From Lama glama (Eukaryota): a stretch of DNA of 64,000 nt. The translations under genes and the position numbers were made by a program. Below are positions 1 to 12,875 of this stretch, one piece after another. Numbering within the stretch: position 1 is the stretch's first letter; each line of letters starts with the position of its first letter. A model generated the notes under the pieces. That model saw nothing but the letters and a program-made list of their open reading frames with translations. It was not told the DNA's origin and ran no database searches. Location of the stretch: the NCBI GenBank assembly GCA_028534125.1, contig CM052816.1:7194001-7258000 (forward strand). The letters are read 5' to 3'.

Positions 1-240
1 GGGGAAGAGCATTCCAGGGGGAACAGCACCCGCAAAGGTAGCATGATGTGTTTCAGGCCAGCGTGGCTGGTTCACCAAAGAAGGGTGGGTCACACTGGAG
101 GAGGCAGAAGAGGTGGGCCATGGCAAGGAGTTTGGATTTTAGATTTTTGTGCAGTGGGAAGTTGTTGGAGGGTTTTAAACCAGAGAAAGAGAAAGAGACA
201 AGATTGGATTTGGTTTAAAAAGAACACTCTGGTTCTGGAA
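1..240 (-). mobile_element. LINE-2 fragment
   Basis: Typical antisense L2 text (gagcattccagg…gggaagttgttggagggttttaa…ttttaaaaagaacactctgg). Confidence 0.6.
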
Positions 241-2583
241 AGATAACAGCATTCTAAGTTCAGAGAGCACTTTTTGAAGCTCAGGCATGCCCATGATGCT
301 GGTGTGATATTTCAGGCTGGGCTTCTGAGACTCCCCTTCAAGACAGAGAAACAGATCCTAGAAGTGGGTGCCGCTGCCCTGGCCACAGAGGTGGGTCATC
401 AGGTGCTGAGCCCAGAGTTGGCTTTTTTCCCCTTCTATTTTAGATTCTTTTCAAATGACTAAAATAATACAAACTCAGAAAAAAATTAAACTGTGTTGGG
501 GTGCTCTGTTTTTACACAATGGGAGGGAGAGACTGGCCAGTTTGGTCTCTGCCATCTGAGGAATGCAAGACTAGCACTAGTCTCACAATCGCTAAGGATC
601 ACGGCAGAAACTGATGGGGTGAATTTCAGTACTGGCTCATTCATTCACTCGATGACGTTTACCAGATGGCCTCAGCGTGCTCGGCTTGTTCTACGTTCTC
701 ATGAGTGAAGCGGGCACGGTCCCTGTGTCCTGGAGCTTTCGTGCTGGCTAGGCAGGCAATGCACAAGTAAGACCGTCTGAGGCAGAAACGTGTGCTGTAA
801 AGGAAACAAAGCACAGAGCTCTGATGGAACAAGGCTTGGATGGGTTGTTCCTCCAGGTAGGGAGGGAGATGTGACATTCTGCCTGAGACTGCAGGATGCA
901 GTCTCTGTGCCTTGGCCAGTCTGGGGCAGATCACCCGTGTAACGCACAGCACCTACTATTACAACAGCTGTGCCGTCAGCTTATTCACAGATGGCGTTCA
1001 GGTTCAGGGAGGCTGAGTGATAAGGTGGTGAATTATGGGAGAACTGGCACCCAGAGCTTTCTCCTCCATAACTAGATGCCTCGCCATAGGGAGCACCTCA
1101 GAGTTTTCAAGGGAAAGGTAGCATGAAAGAGCGGCAAGGAATGTGCATCAGCCCAGAGCCCTGGGAGGATGGGTGGGGCTGCAGGGCCTGCCGGCTGCCC
1201 TGACACTGATCAGCTGAGTGGACAGCGGTCCTCAGAATCCAGAATCCTTAAAGGCAGTGTTTTCATACTTTCCTTCTATTTGTGCTTTCCCCTCCCTTTA
1301 AGTCAAAACTCTTAAAAAAAAAAACAAAAAACTTAACATTTCAAAGAAATGATCTCATTACCGTGGGTGGAAAACCACTATCATTTACCATAAATAGAGA
1401 TAAACCTTAAAGAGAAATACAGTAAGAAAATAAATACAGTGGGGAAAAATGTTATGCAATTATGAATGTTCTTTGTGCTTGAAAAGTGCTCTGCTTTTTG
1501 TTAAAAGAAGGCATCTAAGAGACTTTCTCTTTGATAATCAAATGGTCTAAAAGAGAACTGAATTATACCTAATTCAATGTCACTTCATGCCAAATCTGAT
1601 ACTCTCCTAAAATCATCTCTTGCTCCAAAGTGGTGGGTATCTCTCCTCTTTTCCTTGAAGGGGGCGTGGGTCCTCTAGGGATCACCGAGGTCCCGGAAAC
1701 ACAAGCCTCCCTCTTTTCCTCCCTCCCACCCTCCAACATCTGCTGCAGAATGAAACTAAGCCTCACTTAGTCCAACGACCAAACACTGAGCTTGTCTCCT
1801 CATCTGCAAAATCCTGACAACGGTGGTCCCTGCCGCACAGGTCACTGTACTGGGCATGAGGAAGCCGACGATGACAATGATGCTAACGACTCCCCACGTA
1901 ACTGGGAGAGGCCTGCTGTCTCCCCACTGCCTAGCCTGGCCCTTTATGCCTGGCCCTCTCTCAGTAGTAAGGTTTCAAGGCCACATCCCCTTCGTGAAGG
2001 GGCTCAGACACATCACACTTGTTAGGCTCTGCTGGGCAGCCTGGTGTCTGCACTGGTTTTGGCTTTAGGACTGCAAAGGGTTAAAATACGTTCAGCAGGA
2101 AGCAGAAATAAGGGCACCCTAAGGACGTAAAGGGGCCACGGACAGGGAGTCAGAAGTCTTGTTTCCAGGACAGTGGTGTGAGCCTGGACAAGTGCCTTCC
2201 CCTCTGGAGTCCCGTCTCCCCTTCTAAATAATGGTGGAGGGGGAGCTGGATGAGATGGTCCCATCTTCAGAGACTCTATGACATCTCCTCTTCTTTCCAT
2301 CTGAATAAGCTGTCCTAGGGAGGAGTAAGGACCTGGGGCCATCGAGGCCTCCTAACCTGGTTTCCACATGGCCCCCCAGAGCCAGAAGGACCAAGCTGAC
2401 TGCTCCCTGAGCCACAGGCCTGCACAACGCTGCGGAGAGCCAGGGCACCCTCTGGTGGAGCAGGGGAGAAGGGCTCCCAGGCCGTGGGATGTGTCTGAAT
2501 CGCATCCAAGCCGTAAGAACCCACAGAAGTTCCCACAAAATAGGGAAACTGAGGTTTGCAGGAGCAGAAGATACTCCCTCAGG

Positions 2584-2832
2584 TAGGACTGCCAAAACAG
2601 AGGGCTTCCAGCTAAATTTGAATTTCAGATATATATAAATGTTGTTTATATATAATGTATATATATGTATGTATGTACGTAGGTATGTATATGTGTGTGT
2701 GTATAAATAGATATATGTAAGTATGTCCCATGCAATGTTTAGAACATACTTCTCTTAGAAAATTATTCGGTAGGTATCTGAAATTCAAGATTACCCAGAT
2801 ATACTATCTTTTTGCTAAATCTGGCAACTCTA
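2584..2832 (+). mobile_element. MER53-like palindromic hAT MITE
   Basis: Ends taggactgcca… / …ctggcaactcta, inner inverted arms aaatttgaatttcagata / tatctgaaattcaa, and central aagtatgtcccatgcaatgtttagaacatactt. A TA/TG-rich expansion sits in the left arm. Confidence 0.85.
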
Positions 2833-3769
2833 TCTCCAGATCACCCACTGAGTTCAGGGCTGAGATTTGACAGGGGCCCAGACATGAGTCACGGTTTCTT
2901 TCCCATCACACTGGACCTATGTCTTTTGCTAGCAGCTCTGCCGAGCACTCAGGGATGTGGGAAATGCTTGTTGACATTATTCTGGGAGACAGTAAGTGGA
3001 AGGATATCTGAATCCTGACTCTGATGATCCCAGGAGTGTTTCAAATAGAGCAAGGGAGATGGGTCCACCCCATTCCTCACACCACCTTCCCCCCAAATCC
3101 CCACACCAGCAACCATCAAAAACCCATCTTGAGGTTTTGGTCATAGAGTGCCTAACATCCCTGCCCCAATCTGACTTACAAATTTAGGAAGGAGTCCAGA
3201 TATCTGCATATCTGAAAGTTCCCCAGGTGACTTGGATGAGGAGCAAAGATGGAGACCCCCCTGGGTTAGCTATAAGGACAGGAAACTGCTTGGATGGGGC
3301 AGATTTTAATTGGTGTATATGAGTAATTGTCAAACTATGCATAGGAATTGCAGTGCGTGAAGGAGTATGGCTTGTTAAAAATGCACATTCTCAGAACCCG
3401 ATTGAGTAGATCCAGGCTAGGGTCTTGGATATTTGTATCTGTTTTAATCCTTAAAAACAAAAACAAAACTGAAACTAATACAGATGAATGGTAAAGTTCT
3501 TAAAAGCAGATAGTGATTATATAAATATATTATTCTATTTGCTATAACTTAAACATTTCACTAAAAACACTTTTAAAACTTAGGAACATTTTAGGGGACT
3601 GTGGTGCAAGTGGTTTGAAGACCATATCTTGAGGACAGGTCTTGAAAGGTGGAGAAGAGTCAGAGAAGTAGAGAGAAGTATCATGGTCAGGGAGCAAGCA
3701 GTCTGAGCAGAGGGGAAAATAAGTCGAGGAGACAAGGTTATGTCTTATTCATGGCTGTTGTCTAGTAAA

Positions 3770-4195
3770 TGACCTCTCCAGCCTTGTCTCCTAGCACACT
3801 CCTCTCAGTCACTACACTCAGCTAAAGTGGCTTTCTTTGTGTTCCTGAAACATGCCAAGGTCTGCCCTGCCTCAGGGCCTTTGCACTTGCTGTCCCTCTG
3901 TTGGAACTACACTCTTTCCTCAGCTTTTCTTTAGTAGGCATACTAAAACACTTTCATTAGTAATGAAAATATTGTCTCTTCACCACTATCAGGACTCAGT
4001 TCAAATGTCACCTCCTCAGGGTGGTCTTTGGGGTCTTACTCTTATTCCCCTTTCTCTCTTTCATATCAATGATCACAATCTGTAACTATGATCTTGTTTA
4101 TTCTCTTTTGCTTACTGCTGTGCCAAGAACCCCAAGCACATTTCTTGGAACATGTTCAGTACTTAGTCAATATTTGTTAAGATAATTAAATAATT
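3770..4195 (+). mobile_element. LINE-2 3' fragment
   Basis: cctcagggcctttgcacttgctgtccctctg…ctcagttcaaatgtcacctcctcag, characteristic of L2. Confidence 0.7.
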
Positions 4196-4232
4196 AGGTC
4201 AATGAGAGGTAGGGCAGGCGGATATTGGGATC

Positions 4233-5118
4233 TGAGAAAATAGGGAAAAATTCTTTGACATTGCTCTTGGCTAAAATGTTTTAGATATGACACTAAAAGT
4301 GCAAACAACAAAAGCGAAAATAAACATGTGGGACTACATCAAACTAAAAGGCTTCTGCATAGCAAAAGAAACAATCAGCAAAATGAAAAGGTAATCTGCA
4401 GAGTGGGAGAAAATATTTGCAAACCATCTATCTGATAAAAGGTTAACATCTAAAGTATGTCATGAACTCATACAACTCAACAGCAAAAACAAACAAACAA
4501 ACAAACAAATAATCTGATTAAAATATGGGCAGAGAACTTGAATAGATATTTTCTTTTTTTTAAGTTTTAAAATTTAATTAAAAAAATTTTTTTTCCTTTA
4601 ACAGAAGCAGTGGGGATTGAACCCAGGACCTCATGCATGCCAAGCACACATTCTACCATTGAGCTATACTGCCCATCCCCTTGAATAGATATTTTCCCCT
4701 CAAAAGATATTCAAATAGCCTACAGATACATGAAAAGGTGCTCAGCGTCACTAACCATCAGGAAAATGCAAATCAAAACCACAATGGGATCTTACCTCAC
4801 GTTAGAATGGTTGTCAGCAAAAAGACTAGGATAATGAGTGTTGGTGAGGGTGTGGATAAAAGGGAACACTTGTGCACTAGCGGTGGGAATGTAAATTGGT
4901 GCAGCCACTGTGGAAAACAGTATGAGGGGTTCCTCAAAAACACTAAACATAGAATACTATATGACCCAGCAATCTCACTTCAGGGTATATATCCAAAGAA
5001 ATGAAAACATTATCTTGAAGAGATATCTGTACTCCCATGTTCACTGCAGCATGATTAACAAGACATGGAAACAACCTAAAGGTTCATGAACAGATGGATG
5101 AATAAAGAAAATGTAGAC
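4233..5118 (+). mobile_element. LINE-1 ORF2 C-terminal region (degenerate), interrupted by a SINE
   Basis: gggactacatcaaactaaaaggcttctgcatagcaaaagaaacaatc…; cysteine-rich C-terminal remnant (…GGNVNWCSHCGKQY) in ORF 4681-5004. Confidence 0.9.
4554..4679 (-). mobile_element. tRNA-derived SINE (camelid Vic-1-like)
   Basis: Minus strand has A box (tagctcaatgg), B box (ggttcaatccc) and an A-rich tail. Perfect TSD cttgaatagatattttc at 4537-4553 and 4680-4696. Confidence 0.92.
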
Positions 5119-5740
5119 AAAAATGATTATATGGAGACTAAACAACATGCTACTAAATAACCAATAAGTCAACGATGAAATCAAAGAGGAAATTAGAAAA
5201 TATCTCAAGACAAACGACATTGAGAACACAACCTTACAAAATCTACGGGATGCAACAAAAGCAATTCTAAGAGGGAAGTTCATAGTGATACAGGCTTTCC
5301 TCAAGAAACAAGAAAACTCTCAAATAAATAACCTAACTAATCACCTAAAAGAATTAGAAAAAGAATAACAAACAAAACCTAAAGTTAGCATAAAGAAAGA
5401 AGTAATAAAGATCAGAGAAAGAAAGGAAGCCATCAACAAAATAAAAAGACAACCTACTGATGGGAGAATATGTTTGCAAACAATGTGACCAACAGGGGGT
5501 TAATATCCAAAATATACAAACAGCTCATACAACTCAATATAGAAAAAACAAACAACCCAATCAAAAAAGTGAGCAGAAGACCTCAACAGATATTTATCCA
5601 AAGAGGACATACAGATGGCCAATAATGACATGAACAGATGCTCAACATCGCTAATTATCAGAGAAATGCAAACCAAAACCACAATGAAGAATCACCTCAC
5701 ACTGGTCAGAATGCTAACATCAAAAAAAATCTACAAATAA
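5119..5740 (+). mobile_element. LINE-1 ORF2 fragments: endonuclease-proximal part joined to C-terminal part
   Basis: tggagactaaacaacatgctactaaataacc…aagatcagag (N-terminal ORF2) abuts aaaggaagccatcaac…agacaacctac (late ORF2). It runs into the gap. Confidence 0.88.
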
Positions 5741-6240
5741 NNNNNNNNNNNNNNNNNNNNNNNNNNNNNNNNNNNNNNNNNNNNNNNNNNNNNNNNNNNN
5801 NNNNNNNNNNNNNNNNNNNNNNNNNNNNNNNNNNNNNNNNNNNNNNNNNNNNNNNNNNNNNNNNNNNNNNNNNNNNNNNNNNNNNNNNNNNNNNNNNNNN
5901 NNNNNNNNNNNNNNNNNNNNNNNNNNNNNNNNNNNNNNNNNNNNNNNNNNNNNNNNNNNNNNNNNNNNNNNNNNNNNNNNNNNNNNNNNNNNNNNNNNNN
6001 NNNNNNNNNNNNNNNNNNNNNNNNNNNNNNNNNNNNNNNNNNNNNNNNNNNNNNNNNNNNNNNNNNNNNNNNNNNNNNNNNNNNNNNNNNNNNNNNNNNN
6101 NNNNNNNNNNNNNNNNNNNNNNNNNNNNNNNNNNNNNNNNNNNNNNNNNNNNNNNNNNNNNNNNNNNNNNNNNNNNNNNNNNNNNNNNNNNNNNNNNNNN
6201 NNNNNNNNNNNNNNNNNNNNNNNNNNNNNNNNNNNNNNNN
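5741..6240. other. Assembly gap (500 N)
   Basis: Run of N directly following L1 sequence. Confidence 1.
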
Positions 6241-6249
6241 CTCCTTGAC

Positions 6250-6710
6250 TCCCATTTCTTTTAACTGTTAATATTCTTCACATATCTTTCTGGAAATATG
6301 TTAATAGTATATAAGAAAACTTGTGTGTATATATTTATGTATACATGCTTTCTGTTACACAAATTGGGTCACACCATACGTTTTATCATGTGCTTTATTT
6401 TTCATTTAAAATATCACCAGTAATCTTTCCATAGCGAGGATGTGTATTTGCCTGCTTCCTCCTCCCAGGGCCTGCACGGTATTCCATAATATGAATCTGC
6501 CACAGTTTTGTGCTGCACCTACCAGTACCCATGCCCTGTGCAGTCTCTTGAGGTTCCTGCACTGACAAAGCTGCTACAGCGAACCTGGTGCATACAGCTC
6601 TGTGCACGTGTGCAAGGATTTCTGTCAGGTGAACTTGTAGACATGGAATTGCTGGGTCCAAGAATATATGTGTGTTTAAAACACTGACAGGTGTTGCCAA
6701 AGTGTCCTCT
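6250..6710 (-). mobile_element. Old LINE-1 (L1M) 3' fragment
   Basis: gtattccataatatgaat…ggaattgctgggtc…tgccaaagtgtcct, typical antisense old L1 3' region. Confidence 0.6.
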
Positions 6711-8203
6711 TCTGGCCTAGGAAAAGGTCACCTCCCCAGCTGAACAACCAGGGGAAGTTCTCACCTTTGGGGTCTCCATCTTTTCATCCACGGAATAAAA
6801 GTTTGGACTGCATGATACTCAGGGTCCGTTGCAGCCCTAACTTTCTAAATCTGCCTTTTTTTTTTTTCCTCCAAGATGTCCAGCTTGGGGAGTGGGACTG
6901 AGCCTCCAACTTTAGCAGATCTCTGCTCCTCTCCTCTCCCTGTCTTTCCCACTTCCCTTCCAGTCCCAGGAGAGTGGAAAATGCAGGTGGCCGCCAGTTA
7001 GCAGACCCAGTTCCTGAATTGCTGTGGGAACCCTGTAAATCTCTCCCCTCTGTCTGTCCATTTCCCCACCTGGTTTTGTAACTTCTGCCTTCCCTCCCAG
7101 GGCTCCCATGCGGGTCTCTTGAGATAACATCTTATGAAGTCCTTTGCCAAAAGCATGCCTTTTTCTGCCCCTGGAAGGAATTATTTTCACTTGTTCTGAA
7201 GAAGAGTCTCTGCATGTACTAGGAGCTCCTGCCAAGAAACCTGAGAGGCCCCAAATTCCTCAGGGCCTGGATCCCAGAATAGCTTAATCTGCTGGCTGCT
7301 CCCTTCCAAGGGGCGCTGAGATGATGGAGTTACAAGCTGCTTAAAGGCTTAGAGAGTGTCAGCTTGAAAGGAGGAGAGAGTGAGGGAGCGTCTGCTGCCA
7401 CTTGGCTCGACCTCTCAGATGAAAGAGTTTGGGAGAAAGGAGTGTTTACAGGGATCAGTGTAGGCACCCTAGAGGGGCCAGAGTTTCCCTCAGGTTTCTC
7501 AAAGATGACAGAGGATCGACATCATCAAAGCCCCTGAGGAAGACTCTGACTCCTTCCACTCCAAAGTCACTTAGCATCAGGATCCTCAGAGCCTGAAGGC
7601 TCATGGGGACTGGGGTTAGAGGGGACGATCAGGGCTGCTTCACCTTGCACAACTCCAGGGGGCTCTGTACACAGACTCTACAGTGAATGGTGCCCAGGAG
7701 AGGTAAAAGTGGTGATGACAATAATACAGCAGCCAGCAAGACTTTTCTTTTTAAAGTTAAAAAACCCTAACAATTTCTTGCTATACTCGAAATAAAATCC
7801 ACAAACCTCTCTGCACAATCCAGCCCCATTTTCCTCTCCAACCACATGTCCTACCATCACCCTGGCTCCCTAAGTTCCGATCACATTGGCCTTCTTTCTG
7901 ACCCCAAACAGGTTCAGTGGCTTACTCAGTTCCTGACTCAGGGCCTTTGCGTAAGCTGCCTCTGGACCTCCCCAAGGTTGGCTGCTGCTTGTTACCGAAC
8001 GCTCATTTTGCTTTCTGACATGGGCTGTTACTATTCACTCCCATCTTACAAAGTTCTACCCACAAGGAGCCATGCTCCTTCTCAGTGTGCTCTTCCTTTT
8101 CCCTACCACATTATTTCCAAGCCACTCATCTCATTTATGCATATATCCACAGAGCCAGGACAATGCCTGACACCTTATAGATGCTCAAAATTATTTATTG
8201 AGC

Positions 8204-8655
8204 TGTTGACCTAAAATAAAAAGACTGCCGGATATTTCCCCAGCAAAAATGATTTTATTTGTGATGAACAAAGCATTGCAGTTTGGGACCTGCAACCATG
8301 GCAAGCCAACATGAAAGTCCCCACAACAACAAGAGCAGGAGACTTCTTTTTTAAAAATTATTTATTTATTTATTTTTAAATGGAGGTACGGGGGATTGAA
8401 CCCAGGACCCTATGCATGCTAAACACACTCTACCACTGAGCTATGCCCACCCCTAGGGGATCTCTTTTATAGAGGGGAAAAGGATGTTGGAAGGGCTAAA
8501 GAGAGTCCATGGCTTTTCATTGGCTGAGCTGTTGCCAGGAAAGAAAAAGGGCCTTCCTTCTTCCTGGGCTCTGCTATCATCGTAGGGTGTGAAAGCTCCC
8601 CTTTCTGGTCTCCCAAGTCTATTTAATTGAGGTTTCTGTTTATTAATTTTTTACA
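8204..8655 (-). mobile_element. Solo ERV LTR (ERV1-like) inserted in an L2 tail
   Basis: TG…CA termini (TGTTGACC…TTTTACA), flanks gagc/gaac (4-bp TSD, 1 mismatch), AATAAA on the minus strand near 8255, and a CCAAT box (attgg, about 8519). It splits the L2 end 'ttatttattgagc|gaacaagcagtgaa'. Confidence 0.72.
8351..8454 (-). mobile_element. tRNA-derived SINE (Vic-1-like) inside the LTR
   Basis: ggggattgaacccaggacc…ctctaccactgagcta. Degenerate TSD aggagacttctttt (8337-8350) / aggggatctctttt (8455-8468). Confidence 0.9.
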
Positions 8656-8991
8656 GAACAAGCAGTGAATTGAGTCAGGGCAGTGACAGCACCTTGAAAA
8701 CTGTAAAGTGCTATACCTCAGTGAAAAAACATCCCAAGTAGTAGAAGAGCAATGAGTGTTAGAGTCAGAGGAAACTTGGTGTCCCTGAGTTTCAGGAACA
8801 GCTCCTAAAAAGCTGAGAACTTTTTTTCTAGGGGGGAGGGGGCGAGGTCAGCACATCATTTTCTCCCCTACCTTCACTTGCACAGGCTTATAAATGGTGG
8901 GGTAATTCTGTCCAACCCCTTTACAGTAATAATGTGGAAAGTGAGGCTCTCCCAGAGGGCCTGAAAACACAGATATTAACAGCTGAGCTGA

Positions 8992-9544
8992 ACTGTTTAC
9001 AATAGCCAAGACATGCAAGCAACCCAAATGTCCATCATCAGATGATTGGATAAAGACGTTGTGGTATATTTATACAATGGAATACTACTCAGCCATAAAA
9101 AGAATAAAATAATGCCATTTGCAGCAACATGGGTGGACCTGGAGATCATCATTCTAAGTGAAATAAGCCAGAAAGAGAAATAAAAATATCCTATGATATT
9201 ACTTATATGTGGAATCAAAAAAAAAAGTATACAAATGAACTTATTTACAAAACAGAGACAGAATCACAGACATAGAAAACAAACTTATGGTTACTAGGGA
9301 AGAAATGGAGGAGGGATAAACTGGGAGTTCAGGATTTGCAGATACTAACTACTACATGTAAAGTAGATAATCAATAAGGTCCTACTGTATAGCACAGGGA
9401 ACTACATTCAATATCTTGTAACAGACTAGAATGAAAAAGAATATGAAAAGGAATATATATATGTATAACTGGATTGCTATGCTGTACATCAGAAATTAAC
9501 ACATTATAAACCGATACTTCAATTAAAAATAAAAACTTTTTAAA
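8992..9544 (+). mobile_element. 5'-truncated LINE-1 (ORF2 end + 3' UTR) inserted in a MIR
   Basis: atgccatttgcagcaacatgggtggacctggagatc…; A-rich tail. TSD aacagctgagctga (8978-8991) / aatagttgagctga (9545-9558). Confidence 0.92.
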
Positions 9545-11134
9545 AATAGTTGAGCTGAGACGAAGAGCTCAGGTCCCCTTACTCCTGGGACAGCGCGCCC
9601 CAGTGTCCATTGTACAGACGAAAAACATAGAGGGAACCGTACTTGAGAGGCAGCTTGATCTGCCCGAGAAACCTGTCACAATGGCTGGGCATTTAGTCTC
9701 CAGAAGATTCCTATTAAAACAGAAATACTTTATCAAAATCTCAACCCTTCTAAGGGTTTGAGATTTGTTTCTTAGATAAGCAAATGTGAGAAAGCAAAGA
9801 ATGAGAACCAGAGGGAGGAGGAAATTCCAAAGGTGGTGGTGGTGTCTGTTGTGAAGAAGAGTTTAGGGTCTGGACATGGGGGCAGGAGAATGGAAGAGAG
9901 GTGTGGCACCCACGCCAACCTCTGCCAATCTCCTTTTGCCTCAGGCTGGCCTCAGAGTGAACCACAGAGAACTGTTCAAAGGCCAACAAACAAACACAAG
10001 CAGCCAACAAAGAGCTATTTGTGCTGGGGAGAACCAGTCCCACAGGTGGTTTGGGTGTAGCGGAAAGCAAGGCTTGGGTTTTGGAGCAGATGGGGTTCAG
10101 AAAGCTGAGGCGAGAGAGGGCCATCCTCCGCCTCCCTGTGCCACCCTGCCCATCACTCCTGCGGCGCGGGAACAGTCTGCATCGGAGGTACCTCCTGGGG
10201 GCCTGGACCACACAATCTGAGTCCCTCTTCATTCATCCTCCCCAACTGGCAGGTGGGTGGGGAGGACCCAGGGGGCTGTCTATACTGCTTGGACAGCTGG
10301 ATCGGGCAGAAAACCAGCAAGTTCAGCAAGACTTTGATATTCTAGCTAAAAGGCTCAGAACTGTCCACGCCCTGCTCCCCGCAGTCAACAACTAGAAACA
10401 CAAGAAACTCAATGGAACAAATGATGTCATCAGTAGAAGTGGACCTGAGTGTCCCCTGGTCCGTTCTATTCATCCTCTGTTGCTCCAGGAAGGGAAATGA
10501 AGCCAGAACCTGCCGCCTGAGTTTACTTTGAGGGCTGCTGAGTGGGCCTTCAAAGTGCATATAAATTTTCCTTCTCTCCCTATTCAAAACCTATCTGTTT
10601 GTAATGGCCCTGCTCAAGTCCTTTCCAGACCATAGCAGCTCTCTTCGCTCTGAGCTCTAATGGCTGTTTTCTTCACGTGGCACCTTGCACAGGCAGCTCC
10701 ATGTCAGCACTGCTTATCAGTGCCTGACATCTCTCCCCAGTTCATCCTCACGCTCGTTGAAGGCACAGTGCTGGGCACACAGGAGGAGACCCTGATAAAA
10801 GCCTAGAGCTGGATGGAACCTGAGTCACCATGATTGTGCACCTCCTTCATGTTACAGATGGAGAAACTGAGGCCCAGTGAGGGCAAGGGGCTTGCACAAT
10901 GGACAGCTGGTGAGGGCTGGGGTATTCGCTGAACTGAGAAACAAGGATAATGATGTTCCCTGTGGTGTGTCCGCACTGGCAGGCCTGGAAAGCTGAACTT
11001 CAACGGATGAATCTGAGATGTCCCTCAACTTCTGGATAAACTGCATTTTATGGAATCAAATCCTATTTTAGCTCTTTGGGGGCATTGTGGTTAAGGAAAT
11101 TATATAGGATATTATTCCTTAAAAGTCAATGATC

Positions 11135-11367
11135 TAAAGAAAACAGAAGACACTAATGAATTCATCTACAAAACAGAAACAGACTAGCAGACGTAGTAAA
11201 CAATGTTATGGTTACCAGGGCGGGGGAAAGGGGATAGGAAGGGATACACTTGGGAGTTCGAGATTTGCAAATATTAACTACTATATATAAAAACAGATGG
11301 GACATTGTGCTGTACACCAGAAATTGACACATTATAACTGACTGTATTTCAATTAAAAAAGTCAAAA
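11135..11367 (+). mobile_element. LINE-1 3' UTR fragment
   Basis: catctacaaaacagaaacagac…gctgtacaccagaaattgacac. TSD aaaagtcaatgatc (11121-11134) / aaaaatcaatgatc (11368-11381). Confidence 0.88.
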
Positions 11368-11385
11368 AAAAATCAATGATCAGTA

Positions 11386-11840
11386 CTAGTAATTGGTCTA
11401 TTCATATCTTCTATTTCTTCTTGGTTCAGACTTGGCAAATTGTACCTTTCTAAGAAATTATCCATTTCTTCTAGGTTGTCCTTTTTGTTGGCTCATAGTA
11501 GCCTCTTATGATCCCTTGCATTTCTGTGATGTTGGTTGTAACTTCTCCTTTTTTATTTCTGATTTTATTAATTTGAGCCCTCTCCCTTTTTTTCTTGATG
11601 AGTCTGGCTAAATTTTTATCAATTTTGTTTGTCTTTTCAAAGAACCAGCTTTTAGTTTCATTGATCTTTTCTTTTTTTTTTTTTTTGGTCTCTATTTCAT
11701 TTATTTCCACTCTAAGCTTTATGATTTCTTTTCTTCTAACGACTTTGGGTTTGTATGTTCTTCTTTCTCTGCCTTCGGTGTGAGTGTAGGTTGTTTATTT
11801 GAGACTGTTCTTGTTTCCCGAGGTAGGCTTGTATCGCTAT
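11386..11840 (-). mobile_element. LINE-1 ORF2 fragment (antisense)
   Basis: ORF 11471-11710(-) reads [11 protein letters not shown]…[27 protein letters not shown], the L1 ORF2p linker region. Confidence 0.92.
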
Positions 11841-11954
11841 TCAGTTTACTCATCTGTAAATGATAGTTTGAGCTGTGCTTCCTTCACATGTCTTTCCAGC
11901 TGACTTAACTTAGCCCATTTGTTCTATAATTAAGTCTTTCAAAAAATAGTCTTT

Positions 11955-12685
11955 ATTTCATGCCCATTAGGATGGCCATCACTGAAACAAGACAAACCAA
12001 ACCAAAACAAAACAGGAAAGAACAAGTGTTAGCGAGGATGTGGAGAAATTGGAACCCTTGTGCACTGTTGGTAGAAATGTAAAATAGTGCAGACAGTGTG
12101 GAAAACAGTATGACTGTTCCTCAAACACTTAAAACTGGAACTACCATACTCCAAAGAATTAAAAGCAAAGTCTCAAAGAGATATCTCAAAAGAGAGATCT
12201 ACACACCCATACGTGTAGTAGCACTATTTATGACAACCGAAAGGTGGAAGCAACCCAAATGTCCATCTGTGGGTGAATGAAGAAAATATGGTGTATACTA
12301 CGATGGAATATTATTCAGCCATGAATAGGAAAGGAATTCTGAACCACACTACAACATGCATGAACCTTGAAGACATTATGCTAAGTAAAATAGGCCAGTC
12401 ACAAAAAGACAAATGCTATATGATTCCATTTACATGAGGTACCTAGAGAAGTCAACTGATAAATAAAGTAGAGTGCTGGCTGCCATGGGGCTGGGGGCGA
12501 GGTAGACAAAGGAGAACTATTGTTTAATGGGTATAGAATGTCAGTTCTGCAAAATGAAAAAGTTCTAGAGACTGGCTGCACAACAACGTAAATTAGCACT
12601 GCTGAAATATACACTCAAAAAATGGTGAATTTTTTTTCAGTTTTTTTGTGGTGGGCGAAGGAAAGTAATTAGGTCTGTCTATCTA

Positions 12686-12730
<45 letters not shown>

Positions 12731-12875
12731 TTTATTTTATTATTTTTCTACTGGGGGTTGAACCCGGGACTTGTGCATGCTAGGCACACATTCTACCACT
12801 GAGCTATACCTTCCCCACCCCCAAATGGTAAATGTTATGTTATGTCTATTTTAACATAATTATAAAAATTTTTTT
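11955..12875 (+). mobile_element. Old LINE-1 (L1MB-like) 3' end
   Basis: gaggatgtggagaaattggaacccttgtgcactgttgg…gaaccttgaagacattatgctaagt…gattccatttacatgagg. Confidence 0.85.
12633..12822 (-). mobile_element. tRNA-derived SINE (Vic-1-like) with (TCTA)n tail microsatellite
   Basis: gggggttgaacccgggac…ctaccactgagctatacc; (TCTA/TCTG)n at about 12674-12730; flanks aaatggtgaat / aaatggtaaat. Confidence 0.88.

Noticed and set aside
1209..1229. REST/RE1-like motif (tcagc-N5-ggacagcg)
   Set aside because: The spacing is right but the ACC core of the left half-site is absent, so it is too degenerate to call.
4600..4679. tRNA-like sequences with A/B boxes (also about 8390, 12755, 25330, 46010)
   Set aside because: They have A-rich tails and TSDs and are multicopy and degenerate, so they are SINEs rather than tRNA genes.
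5638..6264. 208-aa and 174-aa ORFs
   Set aside because: Artefacts of the N gap.
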